Assembly: GCA_038087875.1 (NCBI GenBank)
Contig: CM075978.1
Location: forward strand, 43,338,001-43,402,000
DNA from: Malacoraja senta
Lineage: Eukaryota
Direction: 5' to 3'
DNA length: 64,000 nt
Position 1 is the stretch's first letter. Each line of letters starts with the position of its first letter. Positions 1-12,936 of the stretch are shown one piece after another. Under the pieces are notes generated by a model. The model did not search any database. It worked only from the letters and a program-made list of their open reading frames with translations, and had not been told where the DNA came from. A program made the translations under genes and the position numbers.

Positions 1-1190
1 TTAATTCTCTTCCCTCTGCCTTAAGCCCTCTAGGTTTAGATTAATCTACCCTTGAGAAAAGACTGTGTGCCTACATTCCCCTCATGTTTTTGTACATGTC
101 CGTAAAGAAACTCCTCTTGTTCCAAGACTCTAAAGAGAAAACACCCAGCCTATCCAACATCTCCCACAATGCAAGGTTACAAACATCCTAGTGAAACTTT
201 TTTGTATTTTTTCCCACTTAATGGCATCCTTTCTATAGCTGTAGGATCAGAACTGCACAGTGTGCCTTGTGGTCTCACCAACAATCTCCAGGGCTCTACA
301 TTTACTGTGTAAGCCCTGCCCTGGTTTGACACACAACACCTCACACTTGTCAGTGTTATATTCCATTTGCCATTTTTTGGCCTACCTTCCCAATTGATCT
401 AGATCCTGATGTAAACTTAGATATTTTTCCTCATTGTCTACTATACCACTAATTTTAGTGATATCTGCTAATTCTCAAACAACATTAAGTGCATTGTCAT
501 CCAAATCATGAATATAGATAATAAACAGAAGTTGACCCAGCGCCAACTCCAGCAGCACTGCACTGGTAACATACCTCCACAACTACCCTTTGCGTCTTTC
601 CTCCAAGCCAATTTTTGAATACAATTGGCCAGCTCATCTTTGAATCTATGAGTTCTAACCTTCCAGAATAACATAGCATGCGGCACTTTGTCATAGGCTT
701 TGTGATAGTCCATGTAGCCAACATCCACTGTCCTGCCCTCATCAATCCTCTTTGTGATATCTTTAAAAAAAACACTATCAGTTTGTGAAATATAATTTCC
801 CACAAACAAAGCCATGCTGACTATCCCCAATCTGTCCAAGCCTATCCAAATGCTTGCAGATCTTGTCCCTAAGAATCCATTCCAACAACTTTCTGATCAC
901 TAACTTCTGGCTCACTGGCCCATAGTTTCCTAGCTTGTCCTTGCTCTCCTCCTTAATTAACAGCACAAAATTATCCACCTCTCGTCTTCTGGAATTTCAC
1001 CTATGGCTAAAGATGATGCAAATATTTCTGCAAGGGCTTTTGTAATTTCCTCCATAGCTTTCCACAAAGTCTGAGGATACACTTGGTCAAGCTCTGGAGA
1101 AACCCTGAACCTATTTGTTCCCCTTGCCACTTTTTTTACTCTAAATATACCTGTAGAATCACTCAGGGTTTTCATTTACTTTTCCTATGT
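1..1190 (-). mobile_element. Decayed CR1 LINE (RT region)
   Basis: GNYGPVS, SQHGF, YMDYHKAYDKVPH remnants in several frames. Confidence 0.8.
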
Positions 1191-1204
1191 TCCATTTCAC
1201 GTCC

Positions 1205-1205
<1 letters not shown>

Positions 1206-1246
<41 letters not shown>

Positions 1247-1255
1247 TAATAATAA
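1206..1255. repeat. (AAT)n microsatellite
   Basis: Directly visible. Confidence 0.95.
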
Positions 1256-1370
1256 ATACTTTATTAATCCCCTTTTCAAGGAAAATTCAGGTGTCCTTGC
1301 AGCACACTAATAAAAATACAACATAACATTGAAGAAGAGGGGGGGGGTGGGAGGGGGTGTGGTGAGGGGG

Positions 1371-1557
1371 GTTTATTGTCATATGTCCCACATAGGACAA
1401 TTAAATTCTTGCTTGCTTGGGCGTAGGGAAGAAGCTGTTCCTAAACCTGACATTACAGTTTTCAGGCTCCTGTACCTTCTTCCGATGGCAATGGTGAAAT
1501 GTGTGTGGGCCCAGGGATGCAGTGGGTCTTTGATGATGTTGGCTTTTTGTAGCAGGC
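1371..1557 (-). mobile_element. Rex1/Babar LINE 3' fragment
   Basis: IIKDPLHP..GRRYRSLKT; tail matches 29733-29775. Confidence 0.75.
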
Positions 1558-1559
1558 AG

Positions 1560-2961
1560 GGGGGGGGGTATGAGGGGGGCGGGGGTGTAAATAAACTGGG
1601 GGGTGGAGGGGGTGTTAATAACCCGGGGAGGAGGGGGGGAGGGGCGGGGGTGTGAATAGCCCGGGGGGAGGGGCTGGGATTTTGAATAACCCGTGGGGGT
1701 GTTGGCTGGCATATTTTGGAGGGCAGACGGGGTGGGGGGGAAAGGTTAGGGGGCGGTGGCAGGAGTGAATACAAACCTAGGGGGGGGAGGGGGGGCTAGT
1801 GTGAAGTAAACCTCTGGGGTGGGGGGTGGGAGGTGGTGGGGGGGTGACCCGGGGGGTGGGAGTGTGAATAACCCGGGCAGGGGAGGAGCCGGGGGTCGTG
1901 AATAACCCAGGGGAGGGGGGGGTGGTGTTGGCTGCATTTTTGAGCTGGGGTTGCCGCTTCTCCGCACTGGCTGTGGGCCTGGGGCCACAGCCAGAGTGGA
2001 GAAGAAGCGGCAACCCCAGCTCAACTCCCGCCGGGCCAACCGACAGGCCTGGACCGACGACACCAGCGGCCCCAGGCCCACAGCCAGCACGGAGGTGGGG
2101 ACGCTGTGAGTCGGCTGCCCTGCCAGCAGCGTGTTCGTCATTTCTACTTTTTTTTGGTTTTTTTGTTTTCCAAATGTGTGTTTTAATGTCTCTTGGTGTG
2201 TCTTGTGGGGATGTGGTGAGGGGGGGTAAGGGTGGAACCGCTTTCGGTTGCCGCCTCCATGGAGAGGCGACTTTTTCCATGTCGCCTCCCTCGCGGCCTA
2301 ACACCATGGATTGGTGCGGCCTTTCCCGGAGTCGGGCCCGGAGTTTCAGCAGTGGGCGCAGCATGGACTTTTCATCGTGGAGCAGGCGAGCCCTTGCCGG
2401 GGGTCGCCAGAAGGGAGTGCTCCGAGAGCTGGCCCGCGAACTGTTACGGCCTGAAGCCGCAGTCTGCGGAGCTTCTAGCCGCGGTTGCGGCGTCCGGAGC
2501 CTGGGACCCCTCGCTAGGGATTGCCGGAGAAGAGCTCTGACTGCCGGTCCGCAGCCGATAACATCCTGAAGCCACGGTGTGCGGAGCTTCTAGCCGGGGG
2601 CACGGTGTGGACTTAACATCCGGAGCGGGATCCCTCGCCGGGGACAGCCAAAGAAGAGCTCTGACTGCCGGCGTGCGGCCTACAACATCCTGAAACCGTG
2701 GCCTCCGGCAGGAAAGCGCCGATTCAGGACCTCCAAGCTGCGGAGTGTGATCGACCGTCCCGAGAGGGACTGTACATCGGGCCGTTCGTAGCAGCGACCA
2801 CGGAGGTTTATGGCCCCGACCACGGGTGAGCAATGGAGGAGGACTGAATGCTGTGGTGAATGTTTGTGTTTAATTTTATTGTGTATTGTGTGTTCTTTTT
2901 TGATTGTACCGCTGCTGGCAAATTCATTTCATTGCACATATGTGTATGTGATGAATAAAAC

Positions 2962-3001
<40 letters not shown>

Positions 3002-3600
3002 AAGAAGCACCAACCCCAGCTCAACTCCCGCCAGGCCAACCGACAGGCCCGGACCCCACTGCCACCGCATGGCACCACCGTCGTGATGCCGCACCACTGC
3101 CGCCACCGCCCCGAGGCCTCACTGCTGCAGTCTCGATGTCTCCTTCACTGCCGTGGTCTCGATGACTCCTTGATGGCCGCATAAAACCCCAGCCGGGGCG
3201 TCATGGGTGGAAGCTCGGGTCGGAAAAAGCGGAACGTTAATATAAATGTGGCTCTCCCCCTGACGTCACTTGAAGCTCGTGGAATTTTTTGTGTGTGAAA
3301 CGGGCGCCGATTCACCCGAGCCATCGTGGCTGCCCACCTCATTGTGACGTCATCAGTTGAAGCTTAAAAGGCAGGTTTGTCTTCTTTTTTTAAAACTTTA
3401 ATCACCAATAAGTCGTGAAATATCGCATCAAATCTTAAGTGAAGCTGATCACTGCTTAGAGGGGAAAAATGTGTCAGAATATGTAAAAAATCTATCGTTA
3501 CCGCTTAGCTTTTTGGCGAAAATATAATGACACACATATGTACACACACATATACAAGCATACTCACACACATACAAGATGAGAGTTTTACAGTTATAGA
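1560..3600 (-). mobile_element. Possible second Helitron-like family member carrying a nested insertion
   Basis: Right end CAAGATGAGAGTTTTACAGTTATAGA resembles the Helitron 5' end at 35820-35847; G-rich GTGAATAACCCGGG tandem tract at 1560-1925; no 3' hairpin/CTAG found, so the left boundary is uncertain. Confidence 0.45.
2097..3001 (+). mobile_element. Non-coding LINE-tailed retroelement with internal ~120-bp tandem repeats and (TGAT)n tail
   Basis: AATAAA plus (TGAT)n at 2954-3001; architecture shared with 4405-4583, 4868-5585, 33029-33820 and 34367-34900. Confidence 0.6.
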
Positions 3601-5584
3601 GAAGGAAGTATTCATGGACAAATTTAACACATTCAACCCTGTCCAAGCCCTTTACACTATGAGAGACCCAGTCAATATTATGGAAGATGCAGTGTTCAAC
3701 TCATACTCCCTTATTATTTTTACAGCAATCTGCAATCTCACTACATGCTCCTCTAGTTCCCCCAATTAGAGACTTATTAGTCATTGTAACATGTATGAAT
3801 GCATTGTATTTTACATCACGGCAGAATACTTTTTGTTCTCTGATACTGTGAATACTGTTTTATTTATTTGCATTTAAGGGTTTCTTGTGAGGAATTTAAA
3901 TTGTTTGTGTTGAATACATGGTTAATGTATATCATTTTCTAAAATCAAATTAATAATGTATATAGGGAGTTTATGCTGAGCAGATTTATGATGAGAGCAA
4001 ATGGATAAACAGATGGAAACTGGCATGGATAGATTAGATTTATCACAGCTAGATTAATCGACCCATGAGGCATCTTAATTAAGTGATTTGTTAGCTTCTG
4101 AAACATTGAAGAATATTTATTAGAGGTAGTTGGTTGCTTTCATCACTCAATTGTAAAAGGTCATACTCAGAAGATTTTAAAAAACTGGATATGCTTGTAA
4201 TTTCTTTTATGCATCAAATTGAGAAAAAATACCTTTTGTTACAGCTTGCACGTTTTCACCATTTTTTTTATTTTACTCCAATGTATCTTGGAGGAAGCTA
4301 TTGTTAAATAAAAGCATAAACAGCAGCAATACTTTTGGAATTGTGTACTAATTGAGGATAGTTTAATACCTCAAATATTAGAAATGAGATAAATTACGAC
4401 CACCAGGGGCGCCGAGCGATTGGCAACTCCGCCAACAGTCTGTTTTTTCGTCATTTAAATGTTTTTTAGTGCGTTTTATAAGTTTGTGTAAATGTTCTCC
4501 GGTTTGTTTTATGTGGGGAGAGGGGGAGGGGGGTCAGGGGCGACTTTTATTTTTCAGTTTCTTACCTTGCTGGAGACACGATGGACTGGGCATGCAGCCA
4601 TGAGATCCCCATGCTGATGGTCAGTGAAGAAATGCTGTTCCCAGTTCACACTGATTGAGGTCTGCCAATGAGGAAGTATTATGCATTGATTGTCTGATCG
4701 CAAGTTCAATTTTAATTTGGTCATTTGATTCCTTTATTTTAATGGCGGGCATTCAAAATTCAAATACTAAAATGTCTATTCTACGCTCGTGTGCTAATTT
4801 TGGAGCCTGCCTTGGTCATTAAATTGACAGGTTCATATGTCAGTTATTTCACAATCACACAATCACAATAATACTTTATTAGCCAAGTATGATTTGCAAC
4901 ATATGAGCTGTTTCATTTGCCAAGTCAGTCACCAAATAAAAAGCAACAGAATACACAAAACACATATTAACATAAACATCCACCACAGAGACCCCTCCAT
5001 ATTCCTCACTGTGATGGAAGGCAAAAAAATATTCAATCTTGTTGACCTCTAATTTCAGGTAGTCCCTACTTTCTCCTCCCCTTCTCAGCTCTCCCTCAGC
5101 CCACTGGCTCCACCTCTTCCTTTCTCCTTCCCGCCCCCCCCCCCTCACATGAGTCTGAGGAAGGGTTTCAACCCGAAACGTTACCTATTTCCTTAGTTCC
5201 ATAGATGCTGCCTCACCCGCTGAGTTTCTCCAGCATTTTTGTCTACATTCAATCTCTTCCCTTAGCTCTCCCGCGGTCGGGTACCTCAAGCCCTCCATTG
5301 ACGGGACGATCTTGACTCCCATAGTCGGTGACGTTTTGGGCCCTCCGCGTCGGGGCGATCCAGCTCCTGCATCGGGGGGATATCAGCTCCCCCGCGCCGG
5401 ATGATTGAACCTCGCGTCGGGGCTGGTCGAGCCTCTGCGTTCGTCGGAGCTCCCGACTAGCCTCGCCCGAGACTGCGAGCACTTGATGGGAAGTCCGCAT
5501 GCCGTGGTCGGAGCTATCCCAGGCAAGGGATCGGCTCCATTAATAAGTCTGCGCCCCGCGGTGGGGCTCAAGGTTAGTCTGAGG

Positions 5585-6030
5585 AGTATAAGCCCTGTTG
5601 ACCCATTCTTTCATCATATGGCAGAGCCGCCATCCCAGGAATTAACCTGGTGAACCTACGCTGCACTCCCTCAATAGCAATAATGTCCTTCCTCAAATTA
5701 GGAAAACAAAACTGCACACAATACTCCAGGTGTGGTCTCACCAGGGCCCTATACAACTGCTGTAGGACCTCCTTGTTCCTAAACTCAAATCCTCTCGCAA
5801 TGAAGACCAACATGCCATTTGAGTGATTGATGTACAAGGACACCCAGGTCTCGTTGCATTTCCCCTTTTCCTAATCTGACACCATTCAGATAACAATCTG
5901 CCCTCCTGTTCTTGCCTCCAAAGTGGATAACCTCACATTTATCCACATTATACTGCATCTGCCATGCATCTGCCCACTCACCTAAACTATCCAAATCACC
6001 CTGCAGCCTCAGAGCATCCTCCTCGCAGTT
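5585..6030 (-). mobile_element. CR1 LINE fragment
   Basis: WQMQYNVDKCEVIHFG and LVRPHLEYCVQF. Confidence 0.85.
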
Positions 6031-6257
6031 CTGTGTTACCTTGATGAGGTAATTGTCTACTGCTAAAAATAATTATGTTTTGAAATCGATTAAGAGTTGA
6101 ATATAATAAAAAATGTTCAAATTTATCAGCAGATTAAACAAGGTCTATGAATACAGAAAGAGAGTTTAATGTCTCAGGTTGATAATTGTACACCAGAGCT
6201 GAAAAATACTATTTACCCCATCAGATTCCTTTCTTACATTGCAGCTGCAATTTTATA

Positions 6258-6605
6258 AGGTCACACGTGATAGGAGCAGAATTAGGCCATTTGGCCCATC
6301 AAGTCTACTTCTCCATTCAATCATGACTGATCTATCTCTACATCTTTACCCCATTCTCCTGCCTTATCCCCATAACCTCTGACACCCATACTAATGAAGA
6401 ATGTATCTATCTATGCTTTAAAAAATATCCATTGACGGCCTCCACAGTCTTCTGTGACAAAGAATTCCACAGGTTTACCACCCTATGACTAAATAAATTC
6501 CTCCATCTCCTTCCTAAAGGAACATCCTTTAATTGTGAGGCTATGACTAGTCCTAGATTCTCCCACCAGTGGAAACATCCTCTCCACATCCACTCTATCC
6601 AAGCC
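6258..6605 (-). mobile_element. CR1 LINE 3' end
   Basis: RVVNLWNSL and 3' UTR similar to 57120-57340. Confidence 0.75.
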
Positions 6606-7279
6606 AATTTTATCATTATTTTATTGTCAATGAATTTCCACTGCATTCAAACAAGATGTATCTTCCTGTGTGTCTCCCTTTCCCACTTCCCATTGCCTAC
6701 CATTTGCTGACTGTCCTCTGAATTTAGTGAAAAAAATTATAGCTGTAGCTTTTTCCAGTTCCAGTGAAAGGTCAAGATGAAATGTTAACTGGATCTCTTT
6801 CCACAGATGCTGGATGTTTCAAGCATTATCAGTTTTTCATTTCCGATTTCCAGATGCACATTATTTTGATTTTTAGTAAGCATTCAATTAGTTCAGCTTT
6901 CTCAGATGTTTATGTAAGTAACTTAATTAAATGAGATATTACTTATCTTAACATAATATAGAACAAATCGTTACATGCTTTGAGCCAAAGCAGTAAAATA
7001 TTTTAGATGTCAGATGATTAGAACTTAATTGGTTGTTGACATAATTTCACATGTGGGATTTCACTGGCATCCGTTTCTTCTAATAACCTTGTATCTTAAT
7101 AAAATACAGAAAAGTACAGATTCATAAATATTTTTATACTCTTGTTATTCATATGTGCTGGGTTTTCATTAATTGGAAAGGTTATTTTATGTACATTTTT
7201 AATAATTATACAGCTGGGAAATATTGCAACTTCTGCCTGTTAACATATATTTATGGTCAATGTTCTTTCTATGTATATG

Positions 7280-8427
7280 TAGCAATGTTACAAAATGTTG
7301 AGATTTTAAAAATCAAGTCTGCAATTTATCCCATCAGATAAAGCATACAAAGAAGTTTAATTTGACACCTAATTCACTTTCATATCTTCAGTATTAAAAA
7401 AGTTATGGCCATTTTCATACTTGGAAATTAGCATCTTGTTCCCTATTGCTTTTCCATTGACTTAACACAAAAGCTGTGATCGAAGATAGTCAAAAGTCCA
7501 TAACTTTCTTAAAAATTAAGAGAACTGAATGAAATTTTCAGTTATTATAGATTGAAGCATTCTGAAACAAATATAAAACATCTTACTTGGATGACCTGAA
7601 ATTAAAGCATATAATTAGTTAATTACCTAATTGTAGTTAATTACAAAATTGACCGTTGTGACGGAAATAGTAATAAACACCCAGACTGCCTTGAAAATTC
7701 AAAAATGTGATATTCTCAAGATCAGAACTTTAATATTATTGTATTATATGCTGTAAGTCTGTAACAGATAGGTAAATAAATTACAATTTCTAGCAATAGA
7801 CCAAGTCTTTATGGAGAAGATCAGTTGCTAGCTGGTACATTGGCATATCATAATCAGTAGCATCATCATACACCTCAGATTGTAACCAATAAGCAACTCT
7901 GTACACCTTGTTTTTCCTCAACTTTTCAATTTTAGCATTGTAAACTACAAGTTTTTGCTCTTCAAACCACGCATGACATGCCTTTCTGCCCACTACTTTC
8001 CCATTAAGAATGTCCTGTAGATTCCATTTCTTAAGAAAAGGATATTTTTTTTAAATAGCCTGTTTCCAAATAACAAACTAATCCCATTCACAGAAGAATT
8101 CACAATATAACATGATTTTTAAATCTCACTGTCATGAATTTATATGCCAGATGGAAGGAATTTAATGTTTAATTCCCATAAATTAATCTAGAAACATCCA
8201 CTCAATATAATCAAAATTATTATTTTTGTGCACATTTTTTCGCGATTAAGAAAAAAAAATTGGGAACGGAAGTCCGATTGATTATTCTTCAGCATCTAGC
8301 AGCCCGAGGAAATCCGCCTACGACAGGCAGTTCAAAATCCCGCCCCCCCTCCAAAGGCGCCAAAGTCGCGCACACGGCCAGTGGCAGAACTGCAGCGCCG
8401 CTGAAGGTAAATTTTGTAACATCGCTA
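7280..8427 (-). mobile_element. Non-autonomous TIR DNA transposon with 7-bp TSD (possibly hATw-like), copy 1, with C-terminal coding remnant
   Basis: TIRs TAGCAATGTTACAAAAT / ATTTTGTAACATCGCTA; TSD GTATATG at 7273-7279 and 8428-8434; homologous to 62089-63132; minus-strand open frame about 7790-8035. Confidence 0.88.
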
Positions 8428-9722
8428 GTATATGCACTTGAGAACAATGTCAGAAAGAAATGGGACAAATGTTGCAAACTGTTCAACCATGATCAAATGG
8501 CAATTTCGCTGTAAAAATTGCTCCTCCAAAATTTGTGTATGTGTTTTGGTGGGGGGGGGGGGGGGGGGATCTAAAGCAATTTGGTGCTCTGGTCGGTAAT
8601 GAAGATCAAGTATAGTTCTAGTAAAGTACTTACATACTTAACCCCTCAGCTATGTGTATTCAGTCTGAATTGAGATCCATATTAAGTCAAACTATCTCTT
8701 GAACACTTTGCCCTTCACTTGTCTAAGCTACATATATTTAATGAAACAGTTAATTCCAATTTGGAACATGATGTACTTAATAAGAAAACTCAAATCCTTT
8801 TGGTAACATAAAATAGCCTATTTTGTTACGCCTATGTATTGTACTTTGTGAAATTCAATCAGCTGGTCAGTAGAATATATAGGGGTTTTTTTCTGGTGCA
8901 ATTGACTTGGGATGAAATTTGAGGGAACTGTACTTGCATGCTTGTCTATTTCTCTCCAACAAAGCAGGGTTGATAAATGAACTGTTGGGTGTGATGAATC
9001 GTTCATTGTTGCAATAGGCAGTGCATTAAATAGCAAGAATAAACTTGTGGATAGGAGTGCACATATTTGTTTTATTAAGTATAGTTGCATTGAAAATGGC
9101 ATCTCTCGCAGGTGATAAGGGATGCTTTGCTGATGCAACTTGTCAGAAAACAAATGCATCCATCTGTTTGCAGAAGGCAATCATATTTTACATTTTCAGT
9201 AAATTACATTAAAAAATAAATATTCAGACTACATATAAACACTACAATGGAAATGCTGCATGTTAATATACCTGCTAAGAGAATCTGAAAATAACCAAAG
9301 CAAATATTATTTGATTTTCTTTTGAAGGTTATAGGATATTTTTGTGAGAATATGTTCTGGTAAATTTGGAAACTGGTTCCTTCTGGAAGCATACTGGATT
9401 CAAGCTTGGTTCTTCCTGATATATAATTAGATGTAGAAAAGCTGATGTGGCCAAGATGAATGTAATTGCTGCACTCGTCTGTCTTTTGAGACCATTGCAC
9501 TAGCTCACATCAGCAAAGTCACAGAGTAACATGCTGAAGTGTAGAATTTCTAAACAAATATTTATTTCAGAATTGCAATTGGATACTGTGTGAACCTTTG
9601 ATTAGCCCACAGATTATTTAGACAAGTAGAGGCGTTGAATAACTTGTGACTATTTTCAAATAAATTGTAAAATTCTTTCAAATAACCAGAACAGTGACCA
9701 TGTTTTATAGTTTTAGCATCTA

Positions 9723-11004
9723 CTAGGTAGACTAAGTGGGACCCGTTGGGTCCCAGTCACATGGGAGAGGCCTGGTCCCCCAATGCAACACATTCCCCAA
9801 CGCAATATTCCACCACTCACCCATAGCCCCTAACTGCGCAGGCGCGGTTCAATTCCCCTCATCCCCGAGCACTCCCTCCCCCTCCTCTTCATGTGTGGGA
9901 GGGGAGAAGGGGAGGGTGGAAGGGAAGTGGGGTGTGTGGCGGGGGGGGGGGGTGGGGTGGGATTGGGGAGGAGGGGTGTGTGGACTGGGTAGTGTAGGAT
10001 GGGGAGAGGGTGGTGTGGGGGAGGGGGGTGTGGGGGAGAGGGGTTGTGAGGTGGGAGGGAAGTGTGTATGTGGGTTGGAGGGGTTGTGGGGGCGGGGGGT
10101 TGTGGGGGCGGGGAGGGGGGTGTGGGGGCGGGTGTTGGATTGTGGGGCAGGGGGTTGGATTGTGGGGCAGGGGGTGTGTGGGCGGCAGAGTGTGTGTGGG
10201 CGGCAGAGTGTGTGTGGGGTGTGTGTGGGGGGGTTTGTGTGGGGGTGTGTGTGGGCGGGGGTGTGTGTGTGGGCAGGGGGTGGGCAGGCGGGCTTGTGGG
10301 GGGGAGGGGTGTGTGGGCAGGGGGGGAGTTGTGGGGGGAGGGGTGTGAGGGCGGGGTGGGAATAAACTCAGAGAAAAGACAGGGGCATCACGGGGAGGGG
10401 GGCCAGAGGGCTAGTGGCTGGAATTGGCGGTGCGATGGGGACTCACAGCGGGCGCTGGTCGTTCTCCTCTGCCGGGATCAGAGTCTCCGCTTTCCATTTG
10501 GCGACATCAGCGACGTCTCTGACTCCGGGCTGGACTGGGTCTCTGACTGGGCTAAATCTCCCACACTGAGCTGGGCTGGGTCGGGTCTCCGATGTTGGGC
10601 TGCTGCTTGGGGCGGTGCTGGGCTGCTTGCGGCTGGGCTGCGCTGCTTCGGGCCCCTCCGAAAATCCGGTTGGAAACATCCACCGACACTCTCAGCTCCA
10701 GTAATGACGTGATGGCGCATGAAGGGGCAACCGTCCCGGGAGTGACAGGTGAAGAGACTAATCTGCGCAGCGCCGACTGGCAGGAAAAGAGATCGATCTG
10801 CGCACGTGCGGTTTATAAGATTTTTAAACTTCGCTAACTTTTACGACATTCAACCGATCGGAACGAAATTTGGCGCACTTGCAGCACAGTAGAACGGCGA
10901 GTGAACTGCCAAAAAATCGTAACACTATCGCGAACTGTTTTTGTACAATTTGGAAGACCGCCAAACCGGAAGATAACAAGATCAGAGTTTTAGTTACGTA
11001 TATA
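9723..11004 (-). mobile_element. Non-autonomous Helitron, copy 1 (apparently complete)
   Basis: Minus-strand 3' end has hairpin GGGACCC-AAC-GGGTCCC (9738-9754) followed by ACTTAGTCTACCTAG; the 5' end matches the TC-starting end of copy 2; G/T-rich minisatellite interior; no TSD. Confidence 0.8.
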
Positions 11005-12936
11005 TGTAACAGAAGCTTTATTTAGAAATTATTGCACATAATTTTCTGCAAAGGAATGGTACTTTCAAATAGAATTACCATTATTTAGCCTTTGAAATGG
11101 TGGGAAACCTTGTAATGCACTATATTGCTGCTACTCTGATCTTTCTGTGTGACAACTGCCGTGTATTCTTTCAGGACACACCGCGTCGATTCCTGTGACA
11201 TCTTACTGAAATCCCCCAGAATTACTCCGGTAAACCTTTACCAGTTTAATCCAAGACCAGTAATATCAGTGAAAATTTGTAGGATAGCGGATATTGAACA
11301 AAGGGGCAGATAAGTTTCTGTTTGTAGAATAATTATATTTATGTTTAGATTAATGTTTTCATTTTGTTTGGAAGTTTAACAACTAATTATAAAGCAGTTT
11401 TAAATTGTATCTCTGGGTTTGCAGCTGGCAAAGCTGAGAATAGGGCTTAGTTGGCTGTAAGACTTACAAAAAGAAGGGTTATTATTGGCAGTGATGGAAG
11501 TGTAGTTCTTTCAGAACGTTGATGTGGGGGCAGGAGAAGATTTGTCGTGGAGTTTGGAAATGATGGAAGGTAATCCACTGAATGTGAAAACTAGCAGCAT
11601 GGAAGAAGATGAGAAGAGTAATTCTATTCTTGTTCTTGGTGATGCAGAAGGGCTTAAAGAAGAACAAGAACAGAATTCGAGGCAGTAGGGAGCTCTGAGA
11701 GGAATCCATGGGTGAAGAAAAATGTCAGAGGCACGGATGGGAAAAATAATTTGTCAGGAGATGCAATAGAGTCAGTGAAATGGAGGGAATGAGTATACTT
11801 AGGGAAGTACAATGGAAGAAAGTCTTTAATTGTCATGCAACGTGAAATTTTACTTCGGAGTCACGTGAGTGACTACGTGAAGAACCCCGCCAGTGCGCCT
11901 GCACGTCATTACGTCAGACGCCTTGACGCAAACGGACGCGAGGAGCAGTGCTCCTCGAGTGGTTTGTAGTTTTTCAACTACAAGGTAAGTAAAAACTTTT
12001 TTACAGGTTTTCCAGGTCCGTTTACTGTGGGTCTATGGCGATTTTTTCCACAGACGCCATGGGAAAAAACGGACAGGGGGAAGAGGCGAGCGACATAGCC
12101 GACAGAAGTCGGGAAAGTCGGGAGTCTGCGGTTAGAGACCAACCGCCTCTAAACCCCGGTACAGTCGCCAGCGGTGAGCATAGCGACTGTGGACCTGGGG
12201 CTGGTGAAAACACAGTCAGCGCCTGTCGGGCAAAAGACAAAGTTTAAATCCCAACGGAGGGAGTCCCAGGCAATGAAGAAGCTCCAGGGCTAGATACTGC
12301 TTTAGAGCGTATTGCCCAAATAGAAAGCCTTTTACACAGGCTGTTGGAACAAAGTTCACTCAGGGAGGAGTGTTCTGAAAGCCAAGCTGCTGGAAACAGC
12401 TCAAACAGCTCCTGGTACAGGGCTAGATACTGCTTTCGAGCGTATTGCCCAAATAGAAGCCTTTTTTATATGTTGTTGGAGCAAAAGTTCACTCAGGAAT
12501 CCAAGCTGCAGGAGCAGCTTAACAGCACCTGGCTCAGGGCTGATGGAATGCACCCTCAGGAATGAGGAGCGTGCTACGGGTCATGAGATTTCAGACCCCG
12601 ACTCTGACGGTGAGGCTGTACAAGGCGATGAAAGGCAGCTGCCAGATGTTCCACCCCTGGTAGTAGGATTCGCTGCGCCGTCAGGGTCAGGAGAGCCATT
12701 AGGAAGAACTGGCCTCCTTAATAAATTACTTGGTTTACCATTAACTGGAACAGCATGAAATGGATGAGACTGCAAGAGTATCTGGAATCAGTTGCAGAGA
12801 ATATTAAAGCTGCTGGGTTCTGGAATAACTGCTTTTACCAGAATAGCAGGTAACAACCAAAAGATGACGAAGTTGCATCAGCAAGCACTGGGGTTGCTAT
12901 GCAGCACCCACTTCGAGAAGTGCTATACGGTCTACT

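Noticed and set aside
3975-4100. Possible conserved non-coding enhancer (also about 55020-55210)
   Set aside because: Motif-rich non-repetitive look only; cannot be supported without cross-species alignment.
9736-10712. Long Gly/Val/Cys-rich ORFs (also 1329-2569 and 34863-35356)
   Set aside because: Products of G-rich low-complexity repeats that are open in several frames.
11175-11229. AG/GT-bounded 55-nt segment as a candidate RYR upstream exon
   Set aside because: No resemblance to the expected exon 1 peptide (…EDEIQFLRT) and no ATG.
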